64,000 nt of DNA from Chiloscyllium plagiosum. Taxonomy: Eukaryota. A model generated the notes under the pieces. The model worked only from the letters and a program-made list of their open reading frames with translations, made no database searches and was not told the origin of the DNA. Positions 48,101 to 61,604 of this stretch are shown in pieces. The stretch covers positions 17,726,912 through 17,790,911 of the forward strand of contig NC_057740.1 of assembly GCF_004010195.1 (NCBI RefSeq). Direction: 5' to 3'. Each line of letters begins with the position of its first letter. Position 1 is the stretch's first letter. Both the position numbers and the translations under genes were made by a program.

Positions 48101-51100
48101 GTTCTGGACTCCCGGACCCCAAGGAAAAGATTTTGTCTATTTACCCTATCCATGCCCCTCATAATTTTGTAAACCTCTATAAGATCACCCCTCAGCCTCC
48201 GATGCTCCAGGGAAAACAGCCCCAGCCTGTTCAGCCTCCCCCTATAGCTCAAATCCTCCAACCCTGGCAACATCCTTGTAAATCTTTTCTGACATCTTTC
48301 ACAACATCTTTCCAATAAGAAGGAGACCAGAATTGCATGCAATATTCCAACAGTGGCCTAACCAATGTCCTGTACAGCCGCAACATGACCTCCCAACTCC
48401 TGTACTCCATACTCTGACCAATAAAGGAAAGCATACCAAACGCCTTCTTTCAAGGAGCTATGAACCTGCGCTCCAAGGTCTCTTTGTTCAGCAACACTCC
48501 CTAGGACCTTACCATTAAGTGTATAAGTCCTGCTAAGATTTGCTTTCCCAAAATGCAGTACCTTGCATTTATCTGAATTAAACTCCATCTGCCACTTCTC
48601 AGCCTATTGGCCCATCTGGTCAAGATCCGGTTGTAATCTGAGGTAACCCTCTTCGCTGTCCACTACACCTCCAATTTTGGTGTCATCTGCAAACTCGTAT
48701 GCTCACATCCAAATCATTTATGTCAATGACAAAAGTAGAGGGCCCAGCACTGATCCTTGTGGCACTCCACTGGTCACAGGCCTCCAGTCTGAAAAACAAC
48801 CCTCCACCACCACCCGCTGTCTTCTACCTTTGAGCCAGTTCTGTATCCAAATGGCTAGTTCTCTCTGTATTCCGTGAAATCTAACTTTGCTAATCAGTCT
48901 GCCATGGGGAACCTTGTTGAACACCTTACTGAAGTCCATATAGATCACATCTACCGCTCTGCCCTCATCAATCCTGTTTGTTACTTCTTCAAAAAACTCA
49001 ATCAAGTTTGTGAGACATGATTTCCCACACACAAAACCATGTTGACTACCCCTAATCAGTCCTTGCTTTTATAAATACATGTACATCCTGTCCCTCAGGA
49101 TTCCCTCCAACAACTTGCCCATCACTGATGTCAGGCTCATTGGTCTATAGTTCCCTGGCTTGTCTTTACTGCCCTTCTTAAACAGTGGCACCACGTTTGC
49201 CAAACTCCAGTCTTCCGGCTCCTCACCTGTGACTATCAATGATACAAATATCTCACAAGAGGTCCAGCAATCGCTTCTCTAGCTTCCCACAGAGTTCTAG
49301 GGTATACCTGATCAGGTCCTGAGGATTTATCCACCTTTACCCTTTTCAAGACATCCAGCACTTCCTCCTCTGTACTATTGTGTTGAGTTGGGTATGGTTG
49401 CCATTACAAAAGAGAAAGTGCTAGAAAAGCTAAAAGGTCTTAAAATTGATAAATCTCCTGGCCCCGATGGGCTACATCCTAGAGTTCTGAGGGAGGTGGC
49501 TGAGGAAATAGCGGTGGCGTTGGTTGAGATCTTTCAAAAGTCACTGGAGTCAGGGAAAGTCCTGGATGATTGGAAGATCGCTGTTGTAACCCCCTTGTTC
49601 AAGAAAGGATCAAGACAAAAGATGGAAAATTATAGGCCAATTAGCCTAACCTCGGTTGTTGGTAAAATTCTAGAATGCATCATTAAGGATGAGGTTTCTA
49701 AATTATTGGTAGAGCAGGGTTGGATTAGAACAAGTCAACATGGATTTAGTAAGGGGAGGTCATGCCCGACAAACCTGTTGGAATTCTTTGAAGAGGTGAC
49801 AAGTAGGTTAGACCAGGGACACCCAGTGGATGTGGTCTATCTCGACTTCCAAAAGGCCTTTGATAAGGTGCCACACGGGAAGCTGCTGAGTAAGGTGAGG
49901 GCCCATGGTGTTCAAGGTGAGCTACTGGCATGGATTGGTGATTGGCTGTCTGACAGAAGGCAGAGAGTTGGGATAAGGTTCTCTTTCAGATTGGCAGCCG
50001 GTGATAAGCGGTGTCCCGCAGGGTTCAGTGTTGGGGCCGCAGCTGTTTACATTATATATTAATGACCTGGATGAAGGGACTGGGGACATTCTAGCAAAGT
50101 TTGCCGATAATACGAAGTTAGGTGGACAGGCAGGTAGTACTGAGGAAGTGGGGAGGCTGCAGAAGGATGTAGACAGTTTGGGAGAGTGGTCCAGGAAATG
50201 GCTGATGGAATTCAATGTGAGCAAATGCGAGGTTTTGCACTTTGGAAAAAAGAATACAAGCATGGACTACTTTTTAAACGGTGAGGAAATTCAAAAAGCC
50301 AAAGTACAAAGGGATCTGGAAGTGCTAGTCAAGGATTCTCTAAAGGTAAACATGCAGGTTAGTCCGTGATTAAGAAAGTGTTTTAAAAAATTCTCAAGGT
50401 CAGGTTCTTAGGAGAGTAGTCTGACACAGAACAAACGACCAAGAGGCGAGTCTGCTAGAATATGAGCATTTTATTCCCCGCAGCGTCGCCACAACCAATA
50501 AAGCTCTGGTTAGGCCCCATTTGGAGTACTGTATCCAGTTTTGGTCCCCACACCTCAGGAAGCACGTACTGGCACAGGAGCGTGTCCAGCGGAGATTCAC
50601 ACGGATGATCCCTGGAATGGTAGATCTAACATACGAGGAAAGGCTGAGGATCCTGGGATTGTATTCATTGGAGTTTAGAAGATTAAGAGAAGATCCATTA
50701 GAAACTTACAAGATAATACATGGCTTGGAGAAGGTGGACGCTAGGAAATTGTTTCCGTTAGGCGAGGAGACGAGGACCCGTGGACACAGCCTTAGAATTA
50801 GAGGGGGTAAATTCAGAACAGAAATGTGGAGATATTTCTTCAGCCAGAGAGTGGTGGGCTTGTGGAATTCATTGCCGCAGAGTGCAGTGAAGGCCGGGAC
50901 GCTAAATGTCTTCAAGGCAGAGATTGATAAATTCTTGATGTCACAAGGAATTAAGGGCTACAGGGAGAATGTGGGTAAGTGGAGTTGAAATGCCCATCAG
51001 CCATGATTGAATGGCAGAGTGGACTCGATGGGCCGAATGGCCTTACTTCCACTCCTGTGTCATATGGTCTTATGGATTAATAGCACCCAGCTCTTTCCTC

Positions 51101-54100
51101 CGAGCTTTTGATAGGTCTGTTGACATTGTATTGTTAGATTGCTTGTTCTTTGTTTCAGCTTCACTCAGACTAGGCAATCATCTTTCAATAGGTCAGGCAG
51201 CATCCAAGGAGCAGGAGAATCAACGTTTTGGGCATGAGCCCTTCAAGAATGAGGAAAGTGTGCCCAGCAGGCTAAGATAAAAAGTAGGGAGGAGGGACTT
51301 GGGGAGGGGCCCTCCCCAAGTCCCTCCTCCCTACCTTTTATCTTAGCCTGCTGGGCACACTTTCCTCATTCCCGAAGAAGGGCTCATGCCCGAAACGTCG
51401 ATTTTTCCCCTGCTCCTTGGATGCTGCCTGACCTCCTGCGCTTTTCCAGCAACACGTTTTCAGCCCTGATCTCCAGCATCTGCAGTCCTCACTTTCTCCT
51501 TGAATAGCCAACAAATCTGTCCTCGTTATTGATTCCATGTGATAACCATGTACAAAGACATCCAACTCCCTCTCTTCCACTGCCTTCTACAGTCTCTGTC
51601 CTTTCCGCTCCCCTATTCTCATCAAAGTAGGCAACCTCATATTTTTACACTATATATTCTATTTGCCGGCTTTTTGCTCAGTCACATAACCTGTCTATAT
51701 CTCTTTGCAAACTCTTTGTGTCTTCCCCACACTTGCTTTCTGACCTGTCCTTGTAGTTAATTTTGCATTTGGTTCCTTTTTATCTAAATTTTTGATATTG
51801 ATTATAAATAGTTGAGGTTATCAGCCCTGATTACTTTGGCCCTCCTGTTTTTTCCAGTTTTTCAATTGCAAAATTGCCATTTAAACAAGACTGTTGTTTC
51901 CTGTTAGTTAACCAAACCTTTAGTCATACTACGACATCAGCCCTACCACCATGAGCTTCTTTCTTAGTAACTTTTTGTGTGGTACTTTTTATTGAGTGTC
52001 TTTTGGAAATCCAGTTACACTGCATCTGCTGATACTTCTTTATCCACCTGTTTGCTAATAAATTAGGCAAAGAGAATTTTCTTTTCATTGACTATGCATG
52101 GTTTGTATATTGATTTTCTAAATGTCCTGCTACTGCTCCCTTAATATTGAATTCTCAATAGCAGACTTTTGCCAATAGCAGACTTTTGAATAACTGGCTT
52201 GTAGTTGCCTGCTTTCTGTCTCCAGCCTTTCTTGAATATTAGATTAGAATACTTACAGTGTGGAAACAGGCCCTTCGGCCCAACAAGTCCACACCGACCC
52301 GCTGAAGCGCAACCCACCCATACCCCTACATTTACCCCTTTAACCTAACACTACGGGCAATTTAGCATGGCCAATTCACCTGACCTGCACATCTTTGGAC
52401 TGTGGGAGGAAACCGGAGCACCCGGAGGAAACCCACGCAGACACGGGGAGAATGTGCAAACTCCACACAGTCAGTCGCCTGAGTCGGGAATTGAACCCGG
52501 GTCTCTGGCGCTGTGAGGCAACAGTGCTAACCACTGTGCCACCATGCCGCCCACCCACTGTGCCACCGTGCTGTGGTTTTCCAATCTTGGGTTTTCCAAA
52601 CTCCAGTTGTCCAATATGCATGGCAAAATGTTTAGAATTTTGCAAGAATGCAAACAACACATTCGCTATCTTTGCAGCCTCTTTTTTTTAAAGACATTAG
52701 GATGTAGGCTATCAGATTTGGGAATTTGTCAGCTTTTAGTTTCTATTATTTCCTCATACATTTTCTTGAATGTTATGATAAATTGTAGTTCCTCCTTCCG
52801 TTTTAAATCTTGATTTTCTAGTATTTTTGAGTTGCTTTTGTAATTTCTACTGTGAAGACAGATATAAAATACTTGGTCAATGTTTCTGCCATTTCCTCGT
52901 TATCCATCAATAATTTTGTAGTCCCTTCCCTATTAGAGGCAAATGCTTACTTTAGCTGCTCTTTTCAGTTTCTAATTCTTGCTGATTTCTCTTTTCTTTA
53001 AGGCATCCTTTGCTGTATCTGAAGTTTTCCCAATGTTCTGGCCTACTGCGCCAACCTTGACAGCATTGCATTTTGTACTTTTCAATTTGATAGTATCTGT
53101 AACTTTCTTGGTTTACCATTTTTTTCAAAGGAACATATCTTTGCTGCGAGTTATGAAACTTCTTGGATGTGTGCTGTTGATTTTTTTTTAAAACCACTTT
53201 ACTATTTGAACTATTTTCATACCTTTGTAATTGCCTTTATTTAAGTTTAAGACGTGAATCTTACACGAGCTCTTGAACTTTCTTGCATGTATATGAGTTG
53301 ATTAGATGGAATACACTTTTTTTTTAAGTTAGATTTTTCACTTAGCTATGTGATTATTTGTGTTTGAAACAAAGAAATCTTCAGAACAATCCTGTTTTGG
53401 ATCTCGTTACTCAGGTTTGTGGGTAACATTTGGCAATTGTTTGTGGTAGGGAACATTGTAAGTGAAAATGTTTGTGTTAATGGTTATTTTCAACAGTGTG
53501 TGCAATTTTGATGTGATTTTGTGATTATACTTTCTCTTCTCCAGGTCTCGTCGGCTCGGCCTATCATATTGTTGCATTGCCACCTAAAAGTGTTGTTGAG
53601 GCAGTGCGTACAGCAACCAATGGCACCCTAACTATGGGTAAGGAGGCATTGTGTATGGTATAGCCCAGTATGTTTGTTATTTTCAAAGAAGTTTTTCTCA
53701 TTCATTGTTTCTCAGGAGAATCTGTCTTCATCAAGTACTTTTATTGTTTTACTTCCGTACTGTGGATGCTTATGATTCTGGGGAATGTAGTTCTATTTGG
53801 CAGCATGAATTCTTAAGAGACATTGACACTCTATGGGGTTCTTAAATGCTAGGATCAATGTGGGCTGTGCTGGGGCATTGATAGCACAGCAAAGGAAACG
53901 TTCAGCATAAATTTTACCTTAAGTATAAAAGTACCAGTGGGAGTGAAGTATTAAGAAAGAGAAATGAATGTAATATATTGAGTGTACTGTTTGAACATTT
54001 TGGAAGTGGCTTATGAATCATTCTCTTTTGGAGCACTTCAATAGTCTTGCTGAATTCTTAAACCTAAACCAGAATAATATGACCAACATGAATACGATTT

Positions 54101-57100
54101 TAGACAGTGTAACATCAAGGGAACTGTTTGTATGTTTAAAATGGCAAGTACTGTTATGCAAACAAAGGAGATGATGACAACTGGTGTAAAGGAGATGTGG
54201 AAATTTTTTATATATGGTTTTGACAAACAGCAATTATCGCTCATCTCTAATTATCCTTTTGAAAGTGTGTGTATTTAAGATTGAAAGAGAGGAGGGAATC
54301 GAGCATTACGAGGAAATGACAGAAAAGTGGGTAAGGAGTGGATGTAGGTTTGTTCGTTGAGCTGGAAGATTCATTTCCAGACATTTCGTCACCCTACTAG
54401 GTAACATCTTCAGTTTTCTATTTATATGTTTGGGTTTCTTTGGGTTGGTGATATTATTTCCTATGAAAGCAGGAATTATCAGCAGTGCTTTGCCTGGAGG
54501 ACCACTGAAGATGTCACCTAGTAGGGTGAAGAAATGTCTGGAAACGAACCTTCCAGCTCAGCGAGCAAACCTACATCCAGAACCTCAACCGGAGCTACAA
54601 ATCTTCTCAAAACTTGTGGGTAAGGTGTGTCAGATCAGTTATGATCCTATTGAATAGCAGAGCAAGCTCACGGGGCCAAACGGCCTACTCCTGTTTGTTT
54701 TTCTTATTGTCTTAAGGTGGTGGTAAGCCATGGTCTTAAACTATTGGAACGTATCTTCTGTTAAATATAGGAGGGAGTTTCCAGAATTTTGATCCAGTGA
54801 AAGAGCAATTTTATAATTCTAATAATCAGGATTGTCTGTGACTGAAGATAAACTTGCAGGTTATGGCATTCCCTTGCATATGTTATCCTAGTCCTTCTAG
54901 ATGTTAGAGTTTTGATTTGGAAGGTGCTTTGAAGAACCTGGTCAGCTGCCTCAGTGCAGCTTGCAGATGGTAAACACTGCTGCTACTTATGTCAGGGGAT
55001 ATCAAGAGAATATTTAAGGTGGTGTGGCGTGCTTATCAAGCTTACTGCTTTGGTTTTGCTTCTTGTGTTATTGGAGCTGCTTTCCTCTCGACAAATGGAA
55101 AATATTCCAACACAACTTGTGACTTGAACCTTTAGAGATGATGACAGAATTAGGTGAAGTCTGGAGGTGAGTTACTCACTGAGGAATTCCCAGCCTCAAA
55201 CCTGCTCTTGTAGCCTCAGGATTTAAGTAGCTTTTTCATTCAGTTACAGTAAGATGGTAACTTCATGAGTTGATAGCGGTGAACGTCAAATGAAAATGAT
55301 AGATTATCTATTTTGGAGATATTCATAGCATTTGACTGAATGTTGCTTGCCTCTTATCAGCCCGAGCTTCAATTTTATTCAGGTCTTGCTGACTGTGGGC
55401 ATGAACTGCTTCAGTATCTGAAGAACTGTGAATTATATTGGCACCATGCAATCATAATCAACATCCCCATTCGTTTCTAATGTTGGTTGGAAGATCTTTG
55501 AAGTGCTTCTGCAGGAAAGAGACTAGTTGTTGCTGCCAGTATTTCAGATTGTTGAGGTAAAGTAGTATAATTGGGTGTTGGAACAAAATGAGATTGATTT
55601 GGGGCTGCATGGTGGCTCAGCGCTGGGGACCTGCGTTTGATTCCAGCCTCAGGCGACCGTCTATACAGCGTTTGCACATTCTCCCAGTGTCTGCATGGGT
55701 TTCCTCCAGGACCTCTGGTTTCCTCCCACAATCCAAAGATGCGCAGGTTAGGTGGATTGGCAATGCTAAATTACCCAGAGTGTCCAGGGATTTGCAGGCT
55801 AGGTGGGTCAGTCATGGGGAATGCAGGGTTATAGGGATAGGATAGTGGTGGTGGGTCTGAGTGGGATGCTCTTCGGAAGGTCAGGCCAATTGGTCTATTT
55901 CCACACTGTAGGGATTCTATGATTCTTTGAGTCGATGAAGATTATTAGTTTAATGGAGGAGAGGAATATTGAGACTCGAGGAGAAAATGGCAAAACAGAA
56001 TGTGTTTGAGCTCTCTGATACAAGTCCATAAGATATAGGAGCAGAAGTAGGCCAACTCATCAGGTGATCTCTACCATTCAATGAGATCATGGTTGACCTG
56101 ATAATCCCCAATTCCACTTTCTTGCTTTATCCCCATAACCCTTGACTACCTTAAACATTCGGAATTTGTCTATCTCAGCCTTGATTGTACTCCATGACCA
56201 AGCCTTGACAACCCTCAGCAGTAAAGAATTTCACAGATTTAGCACAGAGAGAGAGAGCGAGAGAGAAAGAAAATATCTTCCTAACTTCTGCCTGAATGGG
56301 CAACCCTTCACTCTGAGTTTGCCCTCTGCTCTTAGACTGTCCCTCAAGGGGAAATAGCTTTTTCACATCTATCCTGTCAAGTTCTCTGACAGTCGTATAT
56401 TTCAATCCAGTCTCCCCTCATTCTTTTCCATACCTGGGATCAACCTAATGTGCGTTCTCTGCGCTGCTTCCAATGCAATTGTAACTTGCTTTAGATAAGG
56501 GGTCCAAAACTGTTCACAGTATTCCACGTGTGGACTGACCAGTACCTTGTGTAGATTTAGCATGACCTCCAAAACTACCATAGGTCAAAGATGGGCTTCA
56601 TTAAGTGTTTCATTTTATTAAGTAACACCAATATGTAAAATAGATCTAGATTATTTAAGTCTACCAAGAAAGTAAGATAAAAAGACGTGGTTAGAAATGA
56701 ATATAAATTACATTTGTAACCATTACATTAAAATAATAAGACAAAAAAATTGATCAAATTAAAATACAAATGCCATAATGGTTAGGGAGACTTCTGCTTC
56801 AACAGATGACCATTCTTTATCCTGCACAGTAACTAAAATCGAAAAAAAACTTGACAGTTAAGCCTGCATTATCCAGAGTCATTGCATGATTATCATGCAG
56901 TATTTACTGTCCTAGAATTTTGTGGACCCACTGCTTTTTACATTATTAATTTTGTTTGGCATCTGCATAAAGAAATCAGGTTGTGTTCAGTATATCCTCA
57001 ATCTTCCTTTTCAATAGATTGAATTCTGGACTATTCTTATCAGGTGGTGTTTGACCAAAAATCTCGTAATTTAGCAATTACCACATTATATTTTGAAATC

Positions 57101-57270
57101 TGTCTTTTGAGCAATATAATAAGCCCTAATATCCATTTGCTTTTTAGCTGCACTTGGTGCAATTTTTGGAGTAACAACCTGCCTTACTTCACAAATAAGA
57201 GGAACAGAAGATGATCCATTGAATTATTTCATTGGAGGCTGTGCTTCAGGAATCCTTCTTGGAGTGAGAA
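45018..57270 (+). CDS. NDUFA11: NADH:ubiquinone oxidoreductase subunit A11, partial; join(45018..45096,53545..53637,57148..57270); exon 4 not found in the window
   Basis: MGYWDSADGEHCPNKTWAATQAGAGL|GLVGSAYHIVALPPKSVVEAV...TLTM|AALGAIFGVTTCLTSQIRGTEDDPLNYFIGGCASGILLGVR; NDUFA11 signature DDPLNYF.GGCA.G; phase-1 introns join in frame. Confidence 0.93.
45877..46499 (+). mobile_element. Young 5'-truncated CR1 LINE (family B)
   Basis: Uninterrupted ORF2 C-terminus LYKALVRPHLEYCVQFWSP...RRLRGDLIETYK; (tcttatgg)n tail; close copy at 50498-51075. Confidence 0.92.
46467..46711. repeat. Direct tandem duplication, 122 and 123 bp
   Basis: 46467-46588 is repeated at 46589-46711, identical except for one T in a homopolymer. 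Confidence 0.9.
47811..49373 (-). mobile_element. CR1/HER1-type LINE (family A), RT region to 3' tail
   Basis: KSCLTNLIEFFEEV..AVDVIYMDFSK.F.KVPH...GVPQGSVLGPLL; FADD; C-terminal motifs; frameshifted. Confidence 0.92.
49378..51075 (+). mobile_element. CR1 LINE (family B), near-complete RT domain with frameshifts
   Basis: KSPGPDGLHPRVL..NYRPISLTS..QHGF..DFQKAFDKVPH; GVPQGSVLGP; FADNTK; 3' tail. Confidence 0.93.
51190..51500. mobile_element. Head-to-head PLE pLTR pair forming a ~240-bp near-perfect palindrome
   Basis: Arms 51190-51308 and 51310-~51434 meet with a 1-nt spacer; hammerhead-like cores in both arms. Confidence 0.82.
51500..53230 (-). mobile_element. Old decayed CR1 remnant interrupted by an HE1 SINE
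   Basis: Degenerate RT-like and linker similarity to the other CR1 copies; no intact ORF. Confidence 0.5.
52239..52570 (-). mobile_element. HE1-type SINE, full length, with duplicated 5' head
   Basis: tRNA-like A/B boxes (ggtggcacagtggttagc...gggttcaattccc), body and tail; ccactgtgccacc occurs twice at the 5' end. Confidence 0.9.
53545..53637 (+). CDS. NDUFA11: NDUFA11 exon 2
   Basis: ttctcttctccag acceptor; 93 nt; donor GTAAGG. Confidence 0.9.
54337..54615. mobile_element. Inverted pLTR pair (PLE family of 40930-42724) with two hammerhead motifs
   Basis: Arms ~54339-54413 (-) and ~54503-54580 (+) with CTGAAGA-t-gt(c/t)acc..ggtga(c/a)-GAAA-tgtc; 10-bp TSD gtgggtaagg at 54327-54336 and 54616-54625. 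Confidence 0.8.
55603..55925 (+). mobile_element. HE1-type SINE
   Basis: Degenerate tRNA head, ccaaagatgcgcaggttaggtggattggc body and tail. Confidence 0.75.
56027..56570 (-). mobile_element. CR1 3' fragment
   Basis: Reverse-complement CR1 C-terminal motifs and tail. Confidence 0.65.
57148..57270 (+). CDS. NDUFA11: NDUFA11 exon 3
   Basis: tttttag acceptor; 123 nt; donor GTGAGT. Confidence 0.93.
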
Positions 57271-57469
57271 GTGAGTGCTTGTTACTGTGGTCTGGTGAAT
57301 GAATTTTTTGAGAAGTTTGTTACGGCTACTGGAAAACAATATGTTCAAAACAAATATTTTTCTTTTAAGGAAATTTGACAATGCAAGGAACTCATTAGAT
57401 TTAATCTCTCATTTTTGTTACATTTTTAATGTGTGGGACAAAGATGATATAAGAGAAAGCATAAACCGG

Positions 57470-59790
57470 TCAGACTAGTTAAAATTGCAAAAAGCAGGGA
57501 ATTAAAACATCTCAGTCTGAATGTGTACAGCATTTTAAACAAGATGAATGTGTTGATAGAATGATTAGAAATTAATGAATATGATATGATCCCCAATATT
57601 GAGGCATGTTTGCAATGTCACCACAGCTAAGTTCTGGATATTAAGGTGTATTTGATCTTCCTTTTGGAAAGACAGGAAGAAAATAAGGTGGAGTGTCTCT
57701 GTTAATAATGGACAAGAGCAGCGTGATAGTGAAAAATGATTTGTTTCAGAGAATCAACATGTAGGATCAGTTTCAGCAGAGATATGAAATAACAAAAAAA
57801 GCAAGTAACTATTGGGAATAGCTTCCCTTCATAATTACACTAAAGGAAGGAATATGAAGCAATGAATAATTGATTGTGAGAGATTTCTCAAATAATGTGG
57901 TAAAGTTTAAATTTGGATTAGATAAATGAAATTGACAAAAGTAGCCTGTAAAATTAGTCCATAGGGTATATTTGAGAGTGTTTTCTTGGAATAATTTATT
58001 TTGGATCCAATCAGGGAACAGTCAATTTTAGAGCAGATAATGAGACAGGATTAAATAATCACCTCCTGGCAATGGATCCTCTAGATAAGGTTGAATATAA
58101 CATAATAGGAATTAACATTCAGTTTGAGCAGGAGAAATTTGGATCTGAAGCTCATGGTTTAGTCTTAACTCTTTATGACGATAGAGTTGGCTAATGTGGA
58201 GTAAGATGATCGAGAAGCAGTGGCAGGCATTTAAGAAGATATTTCCTAATACTCAACAGTTACTCCATTTAAGAAAGAAAGACTCCTAGAAGGGTCTTTG
58301 GTTAGCTGAACAATTTAGAGAAAAACAATTGAAAAGAAACATGCAATGTGGAAAGATTAGTGATAGCCCAGAACATTGTTAACATTTTATTAACAAAAGT
58401 TACTTAAAAGTAACAGTAAAGATGGGGAAGTTGGAGTATATGAGAAAACTAGTAAGAAATGTAAATGCTTCTACAAGTATATAAAAAGAAAAAGGCTAAT
58501 TAAATAAGTTGGTCCCTTTAGTGGGGAGATTTGTTGAATAAATAATGGGGAACAAGAAAATGGCAAAGCATTTGAAAACAAAACAAAATCAATAACTGCC
58601 TTCACTTAGAAGACACAATGTCCCAAGAACTGTAGAAAATCTTTAAACAAATGGAAAGAGGATTTTTAAAAATTAGTTTGAGTTGAGAAAGGGTGCCTTG
58701 CAAACTAATGAAACTAAAGGCTGATAGGCCATCAAGCCATGGGACTGTGTCCCAAGGACTGGAAAGAAGTAGCTGAAGTTGATGCAATGGTTGTAATCTT
58801 CCATAGTTGTTTAGATTCTGGAAAAGTCTCTGCAGATTGGAAAACTGCAAATGTTCCAAGTAAGGTAAGAGCTGTAAAGCAAATCACTGTAGACCGGTTG
58901 GTCTAATACCAAGTATTGGTAGAAGGCTAGAATCCATTATTAAGGAGGTAGTGCATACATTTAGAAAATAATAGTACAATCAAGTAGAGTCAACATGGAG
59001 TTGTGAAAGGAGAATAGTCTGACAAATTTATTTGGATTATTTGAGGATGTAACAAATTGGGTGGATAAAGAGCAACTGGTTGATGCAGTGTATTTGGATT
59101 TCCAAAAGACACGTGATAAGGTAGCATATGAATTATTATTATTCAAAATTAGATCTAGTAGTATTGGGTGTGGTATATTAGATTGGATAGGAGATTGGCA
59201 AACTAGCAGGAAACCGATTCTGGTTAATAGCTCACTTTCAGGTTGGAAAACTGTGTTAAGTGCTAGGACCTCAGGTTTTTGCCATCTACGTTAATGATTT
59301 AGATCAAGGGACAGACTGTGTAATTTAGCTAAATTTGCTAATGATGCAGAGCTAGGTAGGAAAATAAGTTGAGGATATGAGGAGTCTACAAAGGGATAGT
59401 TTAGTGAGTGGATAAAAATTCTGGATGAAGTATAGTGTGGGCATGTCTGAGATCTAATTGAGCAGTAAAGGAGAATATGATGTGAATAGAAAGAGACTGT
59501 GGAATGCTACAGTACAGAACTATCTGGGTGTCCTTGTAAGTTAATCCTGAAAGAGTTAGGAAGGCATCTGGAAAATATTAGTCTTTCTTACAAAAGGATG
59601 GAATATAAAAGGGGAATGTATTGCTACATTTGTATAAGGCATTTGTGAGGGCAGTCTGCACTGGAAGTGTGGGTCTCTCATTTAAGGCAAAGATGAGCAA
59701 TTTATTATTTCAGAAGGTCATTAGTCTATGAAATTCTCTTCTAGGTGAAAGCTGTGTCATTGAATATACTCAGGCACAAGTCTGCATCTA
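57470..59790 (+). mobile_element. Old, heavily decayed CR1 LINE (endonuclease to RT) in NDUFA11 intron 3
   Basis: VDAVYLDFQK..DKV remnant (59061-59294) and scattered EN/RT motifs with many stops. Confidence 0.7.
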
Positions 59791-60568
59791 CTTCTTAAGA
59801 TCTTATATCTAGGTAAAGGCATTGAACTAATTTTCCAGTTTTATTAATTAACATCTACTTGAACACATCAATTCAAAATGAAGTTGGGCCGTTGGAGCAT
59901 ATAATAGTGAGAGAATACTTTGGTGTAGGGATCACAATTCAGTTAGAGTCAGCATAGTCTAAGTCAGTCCTTTCCCTTAACTAAGTGTGTATGTATTCAG
60001 TCCAGGGAAAGACCAGTTTACTATTCTGAAATGTGATTTCACAAAGGTGCACTGGAAGCAGCTGCACAAAGATAAGTCAAAATCAGAGCAGTGGGAATGG
60101 CGACATTTAAGAATGAATGGGATAGTATACTCCCACAAAAGAAAAAGGATGGAACTCAGAAATCCAAGCACAACTGAATGTGAAAGAGCAGAGTGGGATC
60201 AGGCAAAGAAGAGACGCTTGTGTTGTATTTCAAGTGCTACATATTTCAAAAGCCTGGAGGAACACAAAATATAGGGTTTAAATTAGAAAGAAATTAGGAA
60301 AGCAGAGAAAGGGCATTAAAACATTTTGGAAGTAAAATCAAGGATAACACAAAGATATTGTATAAATACATAATGACCTAGTACAGAATTTGAATATTCT
60401 TCAAAGGAGGCTTGATTTAGGGCAAATGCAAGAATTGACATATTTCAAACAATCAGTTTTATAATACATTAGAAAAATGCTGTTGATTGGTTGGCAAGTC
60501 AACTTTGGCCAAGGCATTGCGATGATGGGAAACAGCAGAAGATCAATGTCTTCCCTAGTTCTCGTGTA

Positions 60569-61604
60569 CAGATGAACCTCGATTATCTGAATGAGATAGG
60601 TGGGCAGTATTTTGTTTGGCTAATTGATTATTTGGTTAACTGATTCAATGCCTCTCCTCTGGGACTCTGAAGTTTCCTTTTTCCTCACACTTGTGTGCTA
60701 GGGACCTACAGCACTGCTGAAGCCTTCCGCTGTAACACCCCCATCCCACCTCCCCAACCACCCCATCAATTCGATAGGATTGACACAGCGAACACTTGCT
60801 AGGTCAGCTCAGGAGACTAGGCAGCAGCACACAGCGTGAGCCCCCCTCCCCCAGCCTCGCAACCAGACTGGACACCAACAGCAAGACTGCTGCTGCCTTT
60901 GGGCGATGAGTCTCAAAATAGCACACACTGAGCCACACACACAACTTTTTACTGCAAGTTTTTTGACAAGTTCCACCTTTGCCCTATACAGGACAATGTT
61001 GGAGAGATTATCTGGGGAAGGGGGATTTTGAGTACACCTCTGTGTAGAGCTCCAGGGAAAGTGTGGGGAGAAAGAGAGAGAGAGGGTCATTTGGAGGCGG
61101 TGCCTGGGATCCCATCGATGTCCAGGATTATTCTCGGCAGCATTTCAGTAAGCCGAATTCACTTATAATCATTGTAAACAAAAAATTTGATTAGAGTTGG
61201 AAATACCTCTTTAATGTAATTAGATTAGATTAGATTAGATTACATTACAATGTGGAAACAGGCCCTTCGGCCCAACAAGTCCACACTGACCCGCCGAAGC
61301 GCAACCCACCCATACCCCTACATTTACCCCTTACCTAACACTACGGGCAATTAGCATGGCCAATTCACCTGACCTGCAGGTCTTTGGACTGTGGGAGGAA
61401 ACCGGAGCACCCGGAGGAAACCCACGCAGACACGGGGAGAACGTGCAAACTCCACACAGTTAGTCGCCTGAGGCGGGAATTGAACCCGGGTCTCGGGCGC
61501 GGTGAGGCAACAGTGCTAACCACTGTGCCACCGTGGACCTTGAAATCATCTTCAGATAATCCGAAATTTGGATAATTGATATCCGTATAATCGAGGTTCC
61601 TCTA
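60569..61604. mobile_element. Non-autonomous Tc1/pogo-like DNA transposon containing an HE1 SINE
   Basis: TA|cagatgaacctcgattatc ... tataatcgaggttcctcta TIRs; no transposase ORF. Confidence 0.65.
61220..61534 (-). mobile_element. HE1-type SINE, full length and young
   Basis: Nearly identical to 52239-52545; (ttaga)n tail. Confidence 0.9.
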
